64,000 nt of DNA from assembly GCA_965223705.1 (NCBI GenBank), contig OZ245015.1, forward strand, positions 2,560,001-2,624,000. Direction: 5' to 3'. Both the position numbers and the translations under genes were made by a program. Within the stretch, counting starts at the first letter, position 1. Every line of letters starts with the position of its first letter. The notes below the pieces were generated by a model. It did no database searches and was not told the DNA's origin. It saw nothing but the letters and a program-made list of their open reading frames with translations. The stretch comes from Myxococcota bacterium. GTDB lineage: Bacteria > Myxococcota_A > UBA9160 > UBA6930. This document shows, one piece after another, positions 30,584 to 39,431 of the stretch.

Positions 30584-32035
30584 ATGGACTTCACTGCACT
30601 GACCGACCCGTTGAAAAGCGCACTCGGTGACACGCTCCCGAACGTTCTGGGCGCGCTGCTGATTCTCGTCATCGGTTGGTTCGCCGCTCTTCTGATCCGA
30701 GCGGCGATCCGCAAGACACTCTCGTTCTTCCGCGTCAACGAGCGCGTGGCGACTTCGACCGGAAACGATATCGACGTGGCCGGCGGCGCCGCCTCGTTGG
30801 TGTACTACGTCCTGCTGTTGCTGGTCCTGGTGGCCTTCTTCGGTGCGCTGCATCTACAAGAAGTCTCGGGATCGCTGCAGGGCTTGCTGGACGAGGTGTT
30901 CGCGTTCGCTCCGAGAATCGCGGGCGCCGCGATTCTCCTCCTGGTCGCGTGGCTCGTGGCGACGCTCGTGCGCGGCGTCGCCACGCGCGGACTCGCCGCG
31001 ACGACCCTCGACGATCGACTGTCGAGCGAAGCCGGCGTCCGTCCGATCAGCGAGAGCCTCGGCAACGTGCTGTTCTGGCTGATCCTATTGTTGTTCCTAC
31101 CGGCGATCCTCGGGGCTCTCGAGATGACGGGCCTCCTCGATCCCGTCGAGCGGATGGTCGACCAGGTCCTCGGCACCTTGCCGAACGTACTCGCGGCGGG
31201 CGCGATCGGTGTTGTGGGATGGTTCGTCGCGCGCATCCTGCGCGATCTCGTAACGAATCTGCTCGCCGCCGCGGGTGTCGATCGCGTGGGTGCGCGCGCG
31301 GGACTTTCGGGTGACACGCAGCTTTCGGGACTCCTCGGCCTTATCGTCTACATCTTCGTGTTCGTGCCGACGCTCATCGCGGCGCTCAACGCGCTGCAGA
31401 TCCGCGCGATCTCGGAACCTGCGACGGAAATGCTGGCGACGTTCCTCGCCGCGCTGCCGAACATCTTCGGCGCCGCCGTGATCCTCGCCGTCGCCTACTT
31501 CGTGTCGTCGTTCATCGCGAACCTGGTGGGCTCGCTGCTGAACGGCTTGGGCTTCGACCGCTTGCCGGAACGGATGGGACTCGCGGCGGTCTTCGAAGGC
31601 CTCGCTCGCCCTTCGGACCTCGTCGCCAAGACGGTCGTTTTCTTCGTCATGTTGTTTGCGACCGTGGAAGCCGCCGGGCGGCTCGGCTTCGGGCAGGTCT
31701 CGGGCCTGGTCGCCATGCTGATCGAGTTCGGCGGCCAGGTCGTCCTCGGCATCATCATCATCGCCGTCGGCTTCTGGGTTTCGAACTTGGCCCACGAAGC
31801 CGTAGACCGCCTTTCCGGACCCAGCGCCGCGAGAATCGCGCGATTCGCGATTCTCGGTGTGGTGTTGGCCATGGGGCTTCGGGCGATGGGCTTGGCCGAT
31901 GACATCGTGAACTTGGCGTTCGGCTTGACCCTGGGCTCAGTCGCCGTTGCGGTCGCGCTCTCGTTCGGCCTCGGCGGCCGCGAAGCCGCGGGCCGCCAGA
32001 TGGAACATTGGTTGAGTCAGCTGCGGAAGAGCTGA
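30584..32035 (+). CDS. CmpX-like mechanosensitive-channel TM-helix-repeat membrane protein
   Basis: Repeated LPN(V/I)..A..IL..GW units; C-terminal AFGLTLG...ALSFGLGGRE. Confidence 0.82.
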   Translation: MDFTALTDPLKSALGDTLPNVLGALLILVIGWFAALLIRAAIRKTLSFFRVNERVATSTGNDIDVAGGAASLVYYVLLLLVLVAFFGALHLQEVSGSLQGLLDEVFAFAPRIAGAAILLLVAWLVATLVRGVATRGLAATTLDDRLSSEAGVRPISESLGNVLFWLILLLFLPAILGALEMTGLLDPVERMVDQVLGTLPNVLAAGAIGVVGWFVARILRDLVTNLLAAAGVDRVGARAGLSGDTQLSGLLGLIVYIFVFVPTLIAALNALQIRAISEPATEMLATFLAALPNIFGAAVILAVAYFVSSFIANLVGSLLNGLGFDRLPERMGLAAVFEGLARPSDLVAKTVVFFVMLFATVEAAGRLGFGQVSGLVAMLIEFGGQVVLGIIIIAVGFWVSNLAHEAVDRLSGPSAARIARFAILGVVLAMGLRAMGLADDIVNLAFGLTLGSVAVAVALSFGLGGREAAGRQMEHWLSQLRKS

Positions 32036-32048
32036 CTCAACCTTCGCC

Positions 32049-32918
32049 CTAGGCTCGAATCCGCCGGCGTCGCGCCGCGAGGGCGACGAGACCGGTACCG
32101 AATAGGATCGCCGTACCGGGCTCGGGGTTCAGCACGAAGTTGCCGACGCCCGCCGAGCCGCCGAAGTTGATCCGGACGGAACCGAACCCGCTCAGGCCCA
32201 GCTCGACTGCGCTAAACGGACCGGCGCGGTTGATCGTGTTGTTGCCGAAGATGGCGCCGTCGCGAGCGATGAGATCCAAGGTGCTTCCCGACGGATCGTA
32301 GAAAGCGATCTCCGCGCCGACAGCGGAACCCGTGCAGGCCACCGAAGATTCGCAGAATGCCACGCTTCCGAATTCATTGAGCTCGACGTCGAACAGATCG
32401 AACCCGAAGAGCAGCTGCGGCTCGTCGAAGCGGAGCTCGATCCACGTCGAGATATACGTCGTGTTCATGTCTTCGTCATCGGGCGTCGTGCAGATGCCGT
32501 TCGTGCAGCCCGTGTAGTCCTGCCCCTGCACGACCAGGATGTTGCCGACGAACGTGTTCGGATCGACGTTGCCGCCGGCCCAAGGCGGCCCGGTCAGGTC
32601 GGGGTCCGGGGTCGTCCCCGGATTCACCGTCGTGTCGAAGACCACGGCGTAGTCGTCTCCGGGACTGTTGACGCGGTTCTTCGCGTGGATCTCTGCGCAG
32701 CCCGCGAAGGGATTGACGTAGGCCTGGACGCCGGAGTTCGCGTTCACGACCTGGCCGTGGGGCAACCCGTCGAGAGACAGGCCGCCGCTGGGGCAGCCGC
32801 CGCCGCTGGGCGGCAGAAAGTCCGCGTGCGCGGCGCCACTGCCGAGTAGCGTGAAGGTCAGCGCCAGCATCAGCGCGAGACGCACGGCGACCCGACCGCA
32901 ATCGAATTGATGACTCAT
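32049..32918 (-). CDS. PEP-CTERM-sorted surface protein
   Basis: GGAGG RBS, signal peptide (AHA), C-terminal NPEPGTAILFGTGLVALAARRRR sorting signal. Confidence 0.9.
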   Translation of the reverse strand: MSHQFDCGRVAVRLALMLALTFTLLGSGAAHADFLPPSGGGCPSGGLSLDGLPHGQVVNANSGVQAYVNPFAGCAEIHAKNRVNSPGDDYAVVFDTTVNPGTTPDPDLTGPPWAGGNVDPNTFVGNILVVQGQDYTGCTNGICTTPDDEDMNTTYISTWIELRFDEPQLLFGFDLFDVELNEFGSVAFCESSVACTGSAVGAEIAFYDPSGSTLDLIARDGAIFGNNTINRAGPFSAVELGLSGFGSVRINFGGSAGVGNFVLNPEPGTAILFGTGLVALAARRRRIRA

Positions 32919-33087
32919 AGCCTCCTCCAGCGCGGCACGGCCGCGGCTCGGGCAAAGATTTCCTCGCAGGTGAGTGGCCGGAAGGAGGGGGCTTGTGACG
33001 AAAAACGTCGCTAAATTCAGGACTTGCTCGCGATCTGCAAACTCACTGCGCAGGCGATGCGCAACGGGTCGGAGGCTCTGGGTTTCG

Positions 33088-33501
33088 ATGCGTAAGGCGA
33101 TGACTCTCTGGGGCCTCTCGGTGAGCACCCTCTTCCTCCTGGCCGGCAACCCGGCCGCCTCCCCAGGGGACCACATCCCTCGGTCGGTGACCTGCGACGC
33201 CCTCCTCGCGGCGGGCGTTCCGGACGCGTACGCAGCAGGGCTCCTCGACGGGGTCCGGGCCCTGGAAATCGCTTTCCGCACCGACGTGTATCGCCTCCGC
33301 CGAGATGGTGAGAACGAACTCGCGGCGAGGTCCGGCTTTGTGGCGGAGGCGCTCGCCGAGCGACTCCGCCATGCCGAGGGGAAGAGTGCGCGCCAGCTGG
33401 CGCAGTCGATCAGGGCGAGCTGCGCCGACGATCTCGACGGGACGGCGGAGCTTCACTTCGTGCTCGCCCTCGACAACTGGCGCCGAGGCCAACCGCTCTA
33501 G
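33088..33501 (+). CDS. Secreted helical hypothetical protein with a Cys pair
   Basis: Signal-peptide-like N-terminus; coding-like composition; fills the gap between two minus-strand genes. Confidence 0.6.
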   Translation: MRKAMTLWGLSVSTLFLLAGNPAASPGDHIPRSVTCDALLAAGVPDAYAAGLLDGVRALEIAFRTDVYRLRRDGENELAARSGFVAEALAERLRHAEGKSARQLAQSIRASCADDLDGTAELHFVLALDNWRRGQPL

Positions 33502-35822
33502 GAACGCGCGCGACCTCGGCGTCGATCGATCGCCATCAACAGCGTCGGCAGGAGGAAAAAATCCGCGAGAAGCGCCGCGACGATGGTGATGGCGACGAGC
33601 AGCCCGAAATGCGAGTTGATCCGAAAGCTCGATAGCGCCAGCGCGGTAAAACCCGCGATCAGAACGAGGGACGTCACCCAGAGCGCGCTCCCGACAGTCG
33701 AGAGCGCGTAGCGAACCGCGTCCTCAGCTCCGGCACCCTGCTCGCGCTGGGCGCGCAGATACTTGCTCAAGAAGTGCACGGTGAAATCCACCACCACGCC
33801 CAGGCTGCACGCTGTGACCGTCGCCGCGGCGAGCCCGACTTCTCGCACCGTGATCGCCCAGACCCCGAACGCGACGACCGTCGGCACCAGGTTCGGGACG
33901 AGACTGATCAATCCGAGTCGCACGCTCCGCAGGGACACCATCAGGATGAGCGAGATCAATACAAAAGCGATGATCGTCCCTTCGGTCATCGTCTCGATGT
34001 TTCGCTTCGAGATATGGGCGAACATGAGGACAGCGCCCGCCCCCGCGTCGCGCATCGCTTCGGGGGCATTCTCGACGAGCCATGCGTTTGCGCGCTCATC
34101 GATCTCACGAAGTTCTCGCGCTTTGATGTTGTCGACGGTCGCGGTGAGCTTCGTCGCGCTCTTTCCGACATCGATCTGGTTGTTGAGGTCGAGCCCGTAG
34201 GGAAGCGACATCTCGTAGAGCAGCAGGTACTGCGCCGCGAGCTCACGATCGTCGGGCAGGCGGTAGTACGCGGGATCGTCCGCGTGCATGTTCATGTTGA
34301 GCCGCTTCATCGTGTCGGTGATCGTCGCGACGTGGTGCACGTAGGGCTGCTCGCGGAACCATTCGGCAAACTCGTCGACTTTGCGGAGATACGCCGGTTC
34401 GTGGATCCCCTGCTCTTCACCGGCGCCGAGCGAATAATCGAACTGGTAGATGCCGGCCAACACCTCCGTCGAAAAATCCGTATCGCGACGAAATTCGATC
34501 GACGGAGCGAAATACGAGACGAACATGTCGTTGAGCTCGATCCGCGGGATGAACGTCGCGGCGATAACAGCGACGGCGGAGCAGACCGCCAGGACGGGTG
34601 TTCGTCGCCGCACGAGGAACTCGGCGAGCCGCGACATCGAGAAGCGCGTTTCACGTGCTTCTCGCACGCGGTACGGAACCACCGCGACAAACGCCGGAAG
34701 GAAGCTCACCGAAAACAACCAGGCAAAAGCGACGCCGATGGCGGTCAGATTGCCGAGGTCCCGAAACGGGGGCGCATCGCTGTAATTGAGACTGAGAAAA
34801 CCCACCACCGTGGTCAAGCTCGTTAGGAATACGGGGGCCCAGTTGATGCGGACCGCTTCGACAAGGGCATCATTCTTCGCCAGCCCGTCGCGCATGCCTT
34901 TCGAAAGCGTCACCAAGATGTGGACGCTGTCGGCAATCGCCATCGTCAAGATGATGGTGGGTGACGTTGCAGCGGGAGGTGTCAGCGGGATGCCGAGCCA
35001 GCCTCCGAGGCCCATGGCCGCGGCCGCGGCCAAGGCGGCGAGCAGAATGGTCCCCAGGGTCCCCCAAAGCGAGCGGAGAAACAGGAACATGGTGACGATC
35101 AGCACCGCATACATCAGCGGCACAATGGTCTCGAGATCGTGTTGGGTCGCTTCGTTGAAGGCATTCGACATCGGCGCAAAGCCGGTCAAACCGACCCGGA
35201 AGCCCGGGAATCGCTCGTTGAACGCGACGATCACTTCTCGGGCATAGGCGGTGATTTCGGGCTCGACCCCCCCGCCTTCGGGGAGCTGCACCGTCACCAT
35301 CACGGCCGTGGCGCCTGCATCTCGAGCGACGAGACGACCCGCCAAGAGCGGTTCGGCGAGCGCGACCTCTCGCGCCCGAGCGCGCCGCTCCGGCGTGAGG
35401 TCTTCTTCTCCGGTGACGAGATCGTCGACGATCAGCTCGTCGCCGTCGGCCCAGGTGTGCTGAAAGTTGGTGATGGAGTCGACGCGGTTCGAGTAGGGAA
35501 CTTGCCAACCTTCTTCGGTGAGCCACAGCAACGCGCGCAGCGACGCCTCGCTGAAGACGTCACCGTCGTCGGGGGCGACGACGAAGAGCACGTTGTCGGT
35601 CTTCGTGTAGGTGTTTTGAATGCGATCGAATGCGGCGAGCTGGGGGTTTTCCGCGCCAAAGTTGTAGCGGTAGTCCGCGAGGAAGTAGAGATGGCGCGCG
35701 CCCGATGCCGCGAGCAGCGTGATCACCACGCTCGCGAGTAGCACCGCGTACCGGTATCGGATGAGAGCTCGGGCGTAGCGCGTCACCCATGCGTCGACGC
35801 GACTCAAGGACTGTCCGTTCAC
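33498..35822 (-). CDS. MMPL/RND-family lipid transporter
   Basis: Two repeats of 1 TM, periplasmic loop, 5 TM; AIADSVH, TSLTT..GF, GVVVDFTVHF. GAAGGA RBS before GTG 35822. Confidence 0.92.
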   Translation of the reverse strand: MNGQSLSRVDAWVTRYARALIRYRYAVLLASVVITLLAASGARHLYFLADYRYNFGAENPQLAAFDRIQNTYTKTDNVLFVVAPDDGDVFSEASLRALLWLTEEGWQVPYSNRVDSITNFQHTWADGDELIVDDLVTGEEDLTPERRARAREVALAEPLLAGRLVARDAGATAVMVTVQLPEGGGVEPEITAYAREVIVAFNERFPGFRVGLTGFAPMSNAFNEATQHDLETIVPLMYAVLIVTMFLFLRSLWGTLGTILLAALAAAAAMGLGGWLGIPLTPPAATSPTIILTMAIADSVHILVTLSKGMRDGLAKNDALVEAVRINWAPVFLTSLTTVVGFLSLNYSDAPPFRDLGNLTAIGVAFAWLFSVSFLPAFVAVVPYRVREARETRFSMSRLAEFLVRRRTPVLAVCSAVAVIAATFIPRIELNDMFVSYFAPSIEFRRDTDFSTEVLAGIYQFDYSLGAGEEQGIHEPAYLRKVDEFAEWFREQPYVHHVATITDTMKRLNMNMHADDPAYYRLPDDRELAAQYLLLYEMSLPYGLDLNNQIDVGKSATKLTATVDNIKARELREIDERANAWLVENAPEAMRDAGAGAVLMFAHISKRNIETMTEGTIIAFVLISLILMVSLRSVRLGLISLVPNLVPTVVAFGVWAITVREVGLAAATVTACSLGVVVDFTVHFLSKYLRAQREQGAGAEDAVRYALSTVGSALWVTSLVLIAGFTALALSSFRINSHFGLLVAITIVAALLADFFLLPTLLMAIDRRRGRARS

Positions 35823-35929
35823 GATGTTCCTTCGGTGGGCGGACCCGGAGTGTAGGACGCCGGTACCTTTGCGCATCCGCTCTCCGTCTCAAGCTGACAC
35901 CGCCCGAGGAGCGAGGCTAGGATAGGCAG

Positions 35930-36661
35930 GTGTTTGCGCGGAGCCCGTCGTCGCTTCCCGCCTTCCCACACGGTGGCAGGTGGGTGCGTCTCCTGTTCGC
36001 CTCGGCTGCGGTCGCGGCGACGGCCCTGCTCGCGGCGCACGTCGCGAGATTACTCGCCGGTTGGAGCGTCGAAGCCGTGCCCGCGATGGCTGCGGGGCTC
36101 CTGTTGGGGGCCCTCGCAGCGGACGGGGCCACGGGCTGCGTCCACTGGGCGTGTGACAGCTTCGGGAGCGCAGCGGGGCGCGGGCCTCTGGCCGCCCTCA
36201 TCGCATCGTTTCGCGAGCACCACCGGAATCCCGAGGCCATGCTCGAAGGAGATTGGGTGACCGTAAACGGCGAGGCGGCCACCGCTTCCTGCCTGGGACT
36301 CGCGGTGCTCTCCTGGCCCGACATCACCGAGATCCTGGCCGCGCGACCGGAGCTTCACGCCGCCGCGATCTCGTTTGTATCGCTCGCCGGAGCGGCGAAC
36401 CAGCTCCACCGATGGGCGCACAGTACGACCGTTCCGAAAGCGGTCGGTTGGCTACAGCGCGCGGGACTCGTTCTGTCACCCGCTCGGCACGCGCGACATC
36501 ACTGCGGAGCCCACAACCGGGCGTATTGCATTTCGCTCGGATGGCTCAACGCGCCACTCGACCGCGTCCGTTTTTGGCGCGGTTGCGAGCGCGTCGTGGA
36601 AACGCTGACGGGACACAAGCCGCGGGAAGACGCTGCAGAAGGGTCGCTATGGAAATCGTAG
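35930..36661 (+). CDS. CarF/TMEM189 (FAD4-like) histidine-box lipid desaturase homolog
   Basis: GCVHWACDSFGS, FREHH, NQLHRWAH, LQRAGL, HARHH, YCISLGWLN. Confidence 0.88.
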   Translation: MFARSPSSLPAFPHGGRWVRLLFASAAVAATALLAAHVARLLAGWSVEAVPAMAAGLLLGALAADGATGCVHWACDSFGSAAGRGPLAALIASFREHHRNPEAMLEGDWVTVNGEAATASCLGLAVLSWPDITEILAARPELHAAAISFVSLAGAANQLHRWAHSTTVPKAVGWLQRAGLVLSPARHARHHCGAHNRAYCISLGWLNAPLDRVRFWRGCERVVETLTGHKPREDAAEGSLWKS

Positions 36662-37161
36662 ATTGGCTTCGGGAAAACGTTACGGCCGACCGCCGCGCCC
36701 TCGACTGGTTCGCCGAAGAGGGAGCCGACGAACGAATCTCCGCAGCCTATCGAGAACTCCTCTCGGGCTACACCGTCGAGCCGAAGACCGTCTTCAAGAC
36801 AACGCGGATGTTGCGCGAAGACGAGCAGCCGGGGCTCGTCGAAGTCAACCAGATCGCGTTCTATTCGATCTGCGCCCACCATTTCTTGCCGTTCTTCGGC
36901 CACGTCGACATCGCCTACGTCCCGGGAGATCGCATCCTGGGCCTCGGCAAGCTGCCGAGAATCGTCGACGTGTTCTCGCGGCGCTTCCAGATCCAAGAGG
37001 ATTTGACGCAGGAGATCGCACACGCGATGCACGAGCACGGACACGCGCGCGGAGTCCGGGTGCGCGCGGAGGGTCGGCACTTGTGCATGTGCAGCCGCGG
37101 CCCTTCGAGCCCGGATTCCGTGACCCGGACGGAATACGCACTCGGCAGCCTTTCGGGGTGA
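36649..37161 (+). CDS. folE: GTP cyclohydrolase I (FolE-type), divergent and short
   Basis: SICAHHFLPFFG, AYVP, GLGKL.R, RRFQIQE, HLCM.SRG; overlaps the carF-like stop. Confidence 0.85.
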   Translation: MEIVDWLRENVTADRRALDWFAEEGADERISAAYRELLSGYTVEPKTVFKTTRMLREDEQPGLVEVNQIAFYSICAHHFLPFFGHVDIAYVPGDRILGLGKLPRIVDVFSRRFQIQEDLTQEIAHAMHEHGHARGVRVRAEGRHLCMCSRGPSSPDSVTRTEYALGSLSG

Positions 37162-37997
37162 GGACCCTCGCGCCTTGGCTGGCACTCGCGGCCATGCTCT
37201 CGGTTTCTTCCGCGGGTGCGGAAAGCGACGCGGAGCTCCGCTTCTTCCGAGAGGGGCACGTCGTCGCCGCGAGCAGCCGCGCGGACCTCGAAGAAAAGGT
37301 CGCAAGCGAGCGGGTTCTCGTCCATGAGCCCTACGAAGATCGAACCGTTGCGTTCTCAGCGCTCCCGCTCCCCGAGCTACTCGACGCGGTCTACTCGAAA
37401 GCCTGGAGGAGCCTGCGCAACCGACAAGTCCTCTTCACGTGTCGTGATGGGTATCAACCGACGATTCCGCTCGAGCGTTTCCTGACGTATCGCGCGTGGC
37501 TCGCTTTCGATCGAGCGGATGCCCCCGGTTTCTCGATCGACAAACTCGAATCCGGGCGCGTGCGGAAGGTCTCCCTCGACCCTTTCTACGTCGTTTGGAA
37601 CAACCGCGACAATGATGCACTTCTCGCCGAAGGCGACTACGGCTGGCCGTATCAGGTCGTGGCCATCGATCTCATCAAGACCGAGGAACGCTTTCCGGGC
37701 ATGATTCCTCCGGCGGACTCGGACCACCGTGTCCGTGCGGGCTTCGCGGCGTTTCAGATGCACTGCACGCGCTGCCACCCGATCAACGGCCACGGCGGCA
37801 CGATCGGGCCCGAGCTGATCGGTCCCGGCGAGCGGCTCATCTCCCGCGGTCGGCCCTGGCTGCGACAATGGATCGACGACCCGAGCGCCATGGTCCCCGC
37901 CGCGCGGATGCCCCGCTTCAACCCGACGACGCCCGATCGAACGCAATCGATCGAGCGCATCATCGACTATCTCTACGCGATGGATCGCGCTCCGTGA
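37158..37997 (+). CDS. Exported SUOX/PruR-like domain fused to a monoheme cytochrome c
   Basis: Sec-type signal peptide; EPY, CRDGY, PFYVVW and WPYQV motifs; CTRCH heme site and RMP axial Met; GTGA coupling to folE. Confidence 0.8.
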   Translation: MRTLAPWLALAAMLSVSSAGAESDAELRFFREGHVVAASSRADLEEKVASERVLVHEPYEDRTVAFSALPLPELLDAVYSKAWRSLRNRQVLFTCRDGYQPTIPLERFLTYRAWLAFDRADAPGFSIDKLESGRVRKVSLDPFYVVWNNRDNDALLAEGDYGWPYQVVAIDLIKTEERFPGMIPPADSDHRVRAGFAAFQMHCTRCHPINGHGGTIGPELIGPGERLISRGRPWLRQWIDDPSAMVPAARMPRFNPTTPDRTQSIERIIDYLYAMDRAP

Positions 37998-38785
37998 ACA
38001 CGCTTCCCGGTGGGTTCGAAGCGTTCTACGGAAGCGTGTGGCAGCACCCATGGCTGCTGTGGGCGGTCGCCCTGCTCGCCTGCGCGTACGCCTACAAGCG
38101 GCATCCGGCCGGAAGCGACGCGCGTCGCTATGCGACCGCGCTCACCGTGCTGTCGCTGTGCGACGCGTGGCTCACCGCGAACCACGTCTTCGGAATTGGA
38201 TCGTGGTGCGGAGGAGCCGCGTCCCTCGTTCCGCTCTTCTTCGTCCTCGCGGGAGACTTTCGATTCTTGCTGCTCCTCGGCGCGGCCAAACCGTCGGGCG
38301 CCATTCGCCCCGACGCGCCGAGCATCGCGATCGGGCTCGCGCTGACGGCGATCGTGCCGCTCTCGTCCCAGTTTCTCGTCGGGGCGATCCCCGGCGCATC
38401 GGAGGAGCCACGGGTCCTCTTCTTCATCTACGAGGTTCTCTTCGTGGCCCTCGCCTTGGCCTTGCGCAGGTTCCACCCGACGGCCCGGACGCTCCGCTGG
38501 GTCCGGTCTCTGTGCGGCTTCGTCGCCGTCTACTACAGCCTCTGGGCGACGGCGGATGCCGTCCTGCTGCTCACCGGATGGGACCTGGGTTTCGGGCTGC
38601 GGGTCGTCCCCAACGCGCTGTACTACGGCGGTTTCATCGCCGCGATCGCCCGGTTTGCGCCGACGCTCCGCGACGAGGGCTCGGGCCAAGCGCCCCCGGC
38701 CTACGGCGAGCCGAGTTGCGCGACGATCGGCGCAACGCCCGGACGCGCGAGCACCCGGTCCACGAGCGCGGCGAACCGTGGATAG
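37994..38785 (+). CDS. Polytopic (~7 TM) membrane protein, hypothetical
   Basis: Hydrophobic helices; GDFRF, YEVLF, YSLWATAD, LRVVPNALYYG; GTGA coupling to the cytochrome gene. Confidence 0.75.
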   Translation: MNTLPGGFEAFYGSVWQHPWLLWAVALLACAYAYKRHPAGSDARRYATALTVLSLCDAWLTANHVFGIGSWCGGAASLVPLFFVLAGDFRFLLLLGAAKPSGAIRPDAPSIAIGLALTAIVPLSSQFLVGAIPGASEEPRVLFFIYEVLFVALALALRRFHPTARTLRWVRSLCGFVAVYYSLWATADAVLLLTGWDLGFGLRVVPNALYYGGFIAAIARFAPTLRDEGSGQAPPAYGEPSCATIGATPGRASTRSTSAANRG

Positions 38786-39336
38786 CGGCCGGCGTCGATG
38801 TCTTCGCCGGCCGCGCGGTAGTTGGCGATGGGTGACGCGACCGCGATGTCGGCAATCGAGAGCGCCTCGCCAAACAGATAGGCGTCCGTCGGGGCGATGC
38901 CTTCCAGGTAGGCGAAAACCACTGGCGCGGCTTCGTCGATGGCCCGACGGACGACGGCCTCATCGGTGGGCTGGTTCAAGATCATCGGCTTGGCGACCCG
39001 TTCAAAGAACACCGGCGCGGTGGCCTCCACCAGCGCCGTATCGGCGTACTCCTCGATCCAGAGCGCTCTCGCGTAGTCGCGCGGATCCGCGGGGTAGAGC
39101 GAAGGGGTCGGATGCTTGCGTTCGAGATAAGCGCAGATCGCGGAAGAATCCGGGACGATCAGTCCATCGTCTTCCAGAACCGGCACCTTGCCGAGGGGGT
39201 TCATCGCGAGTAGCGGCGCGGGTTTTGGCGGTGCCGGGATCATCGTCTTCAAGTCGTAGGGCACCTCTTTTTCGGCGAGGGCAATCTCGACTTTGCGGAC
39301 AAAAGGCGATGCGTGAAAACCGTGAATGACGGGCAT
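38701..39336 (-). CDS. Glutathione S-transferase family protein
   Basis: SPFVRKV, NPLGKVPVL, DSSAIC.YLE, SIADIA. Confidence 0.93.
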   Translation of the reverse strand: MPVIHGFHASPFVRKVEIALAEKEVPYDLKTMIPAPPKPAPLLAMNPLGKVPVLEDDGLIVPDSSAICAYLERKHPTPSLYPADPRDYARALWIEEYADTALVEATAPVFFERVAKPMILNQPTDEAVVRRAIDEAAPVVFAYLEGIAPTDAYLFGEALSIADIAVASPIANYRAAGEDIDAGRYPRFAALVDRVLARPGVAPIVAQLGSP

Positions 39337-39416
39337 GGAAAAGGCCTCCTAAGTTCGACGGCTTCACGTTGGAGGATCGCATACCATTTATCCAACAGAT
39401 TTTTTGAATTATATCT

Positions 39417-39431
39417 ATCGATATTGTGAAT
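39417..39431. promoter_or_regulatory. Putative LysR operator (T-N11-A; ATTCAC-N5-CGAT on the minus strand)
   Basis: Lies in the AT-rich gst-lysR divergent spacer and overlaps the LysR start. Confidence 0.5.

Noticed and set aside
33030..33055. Sigma54 promoter for the PEP-CTERM gene (GCGCAGTGAGTTTGCA)
   Set aside because: The -24 dinucleotide is CG, not the invariant GG.
35889..35916. Sixth TCAAG motif upstream of the carF-like gene
   Set aside because: CGA is offset by one base, and the site is equally explained as a reversed TTGA -35 for the divergent MMPL gene.
13580..37161. 7-deazaguanine DNA-modification (dpd) island suggested by folE plus queG
   Set aside because: The genes are 22 kb apart; no queC, queD, queE or dpdA; QueG acts on tRNA.
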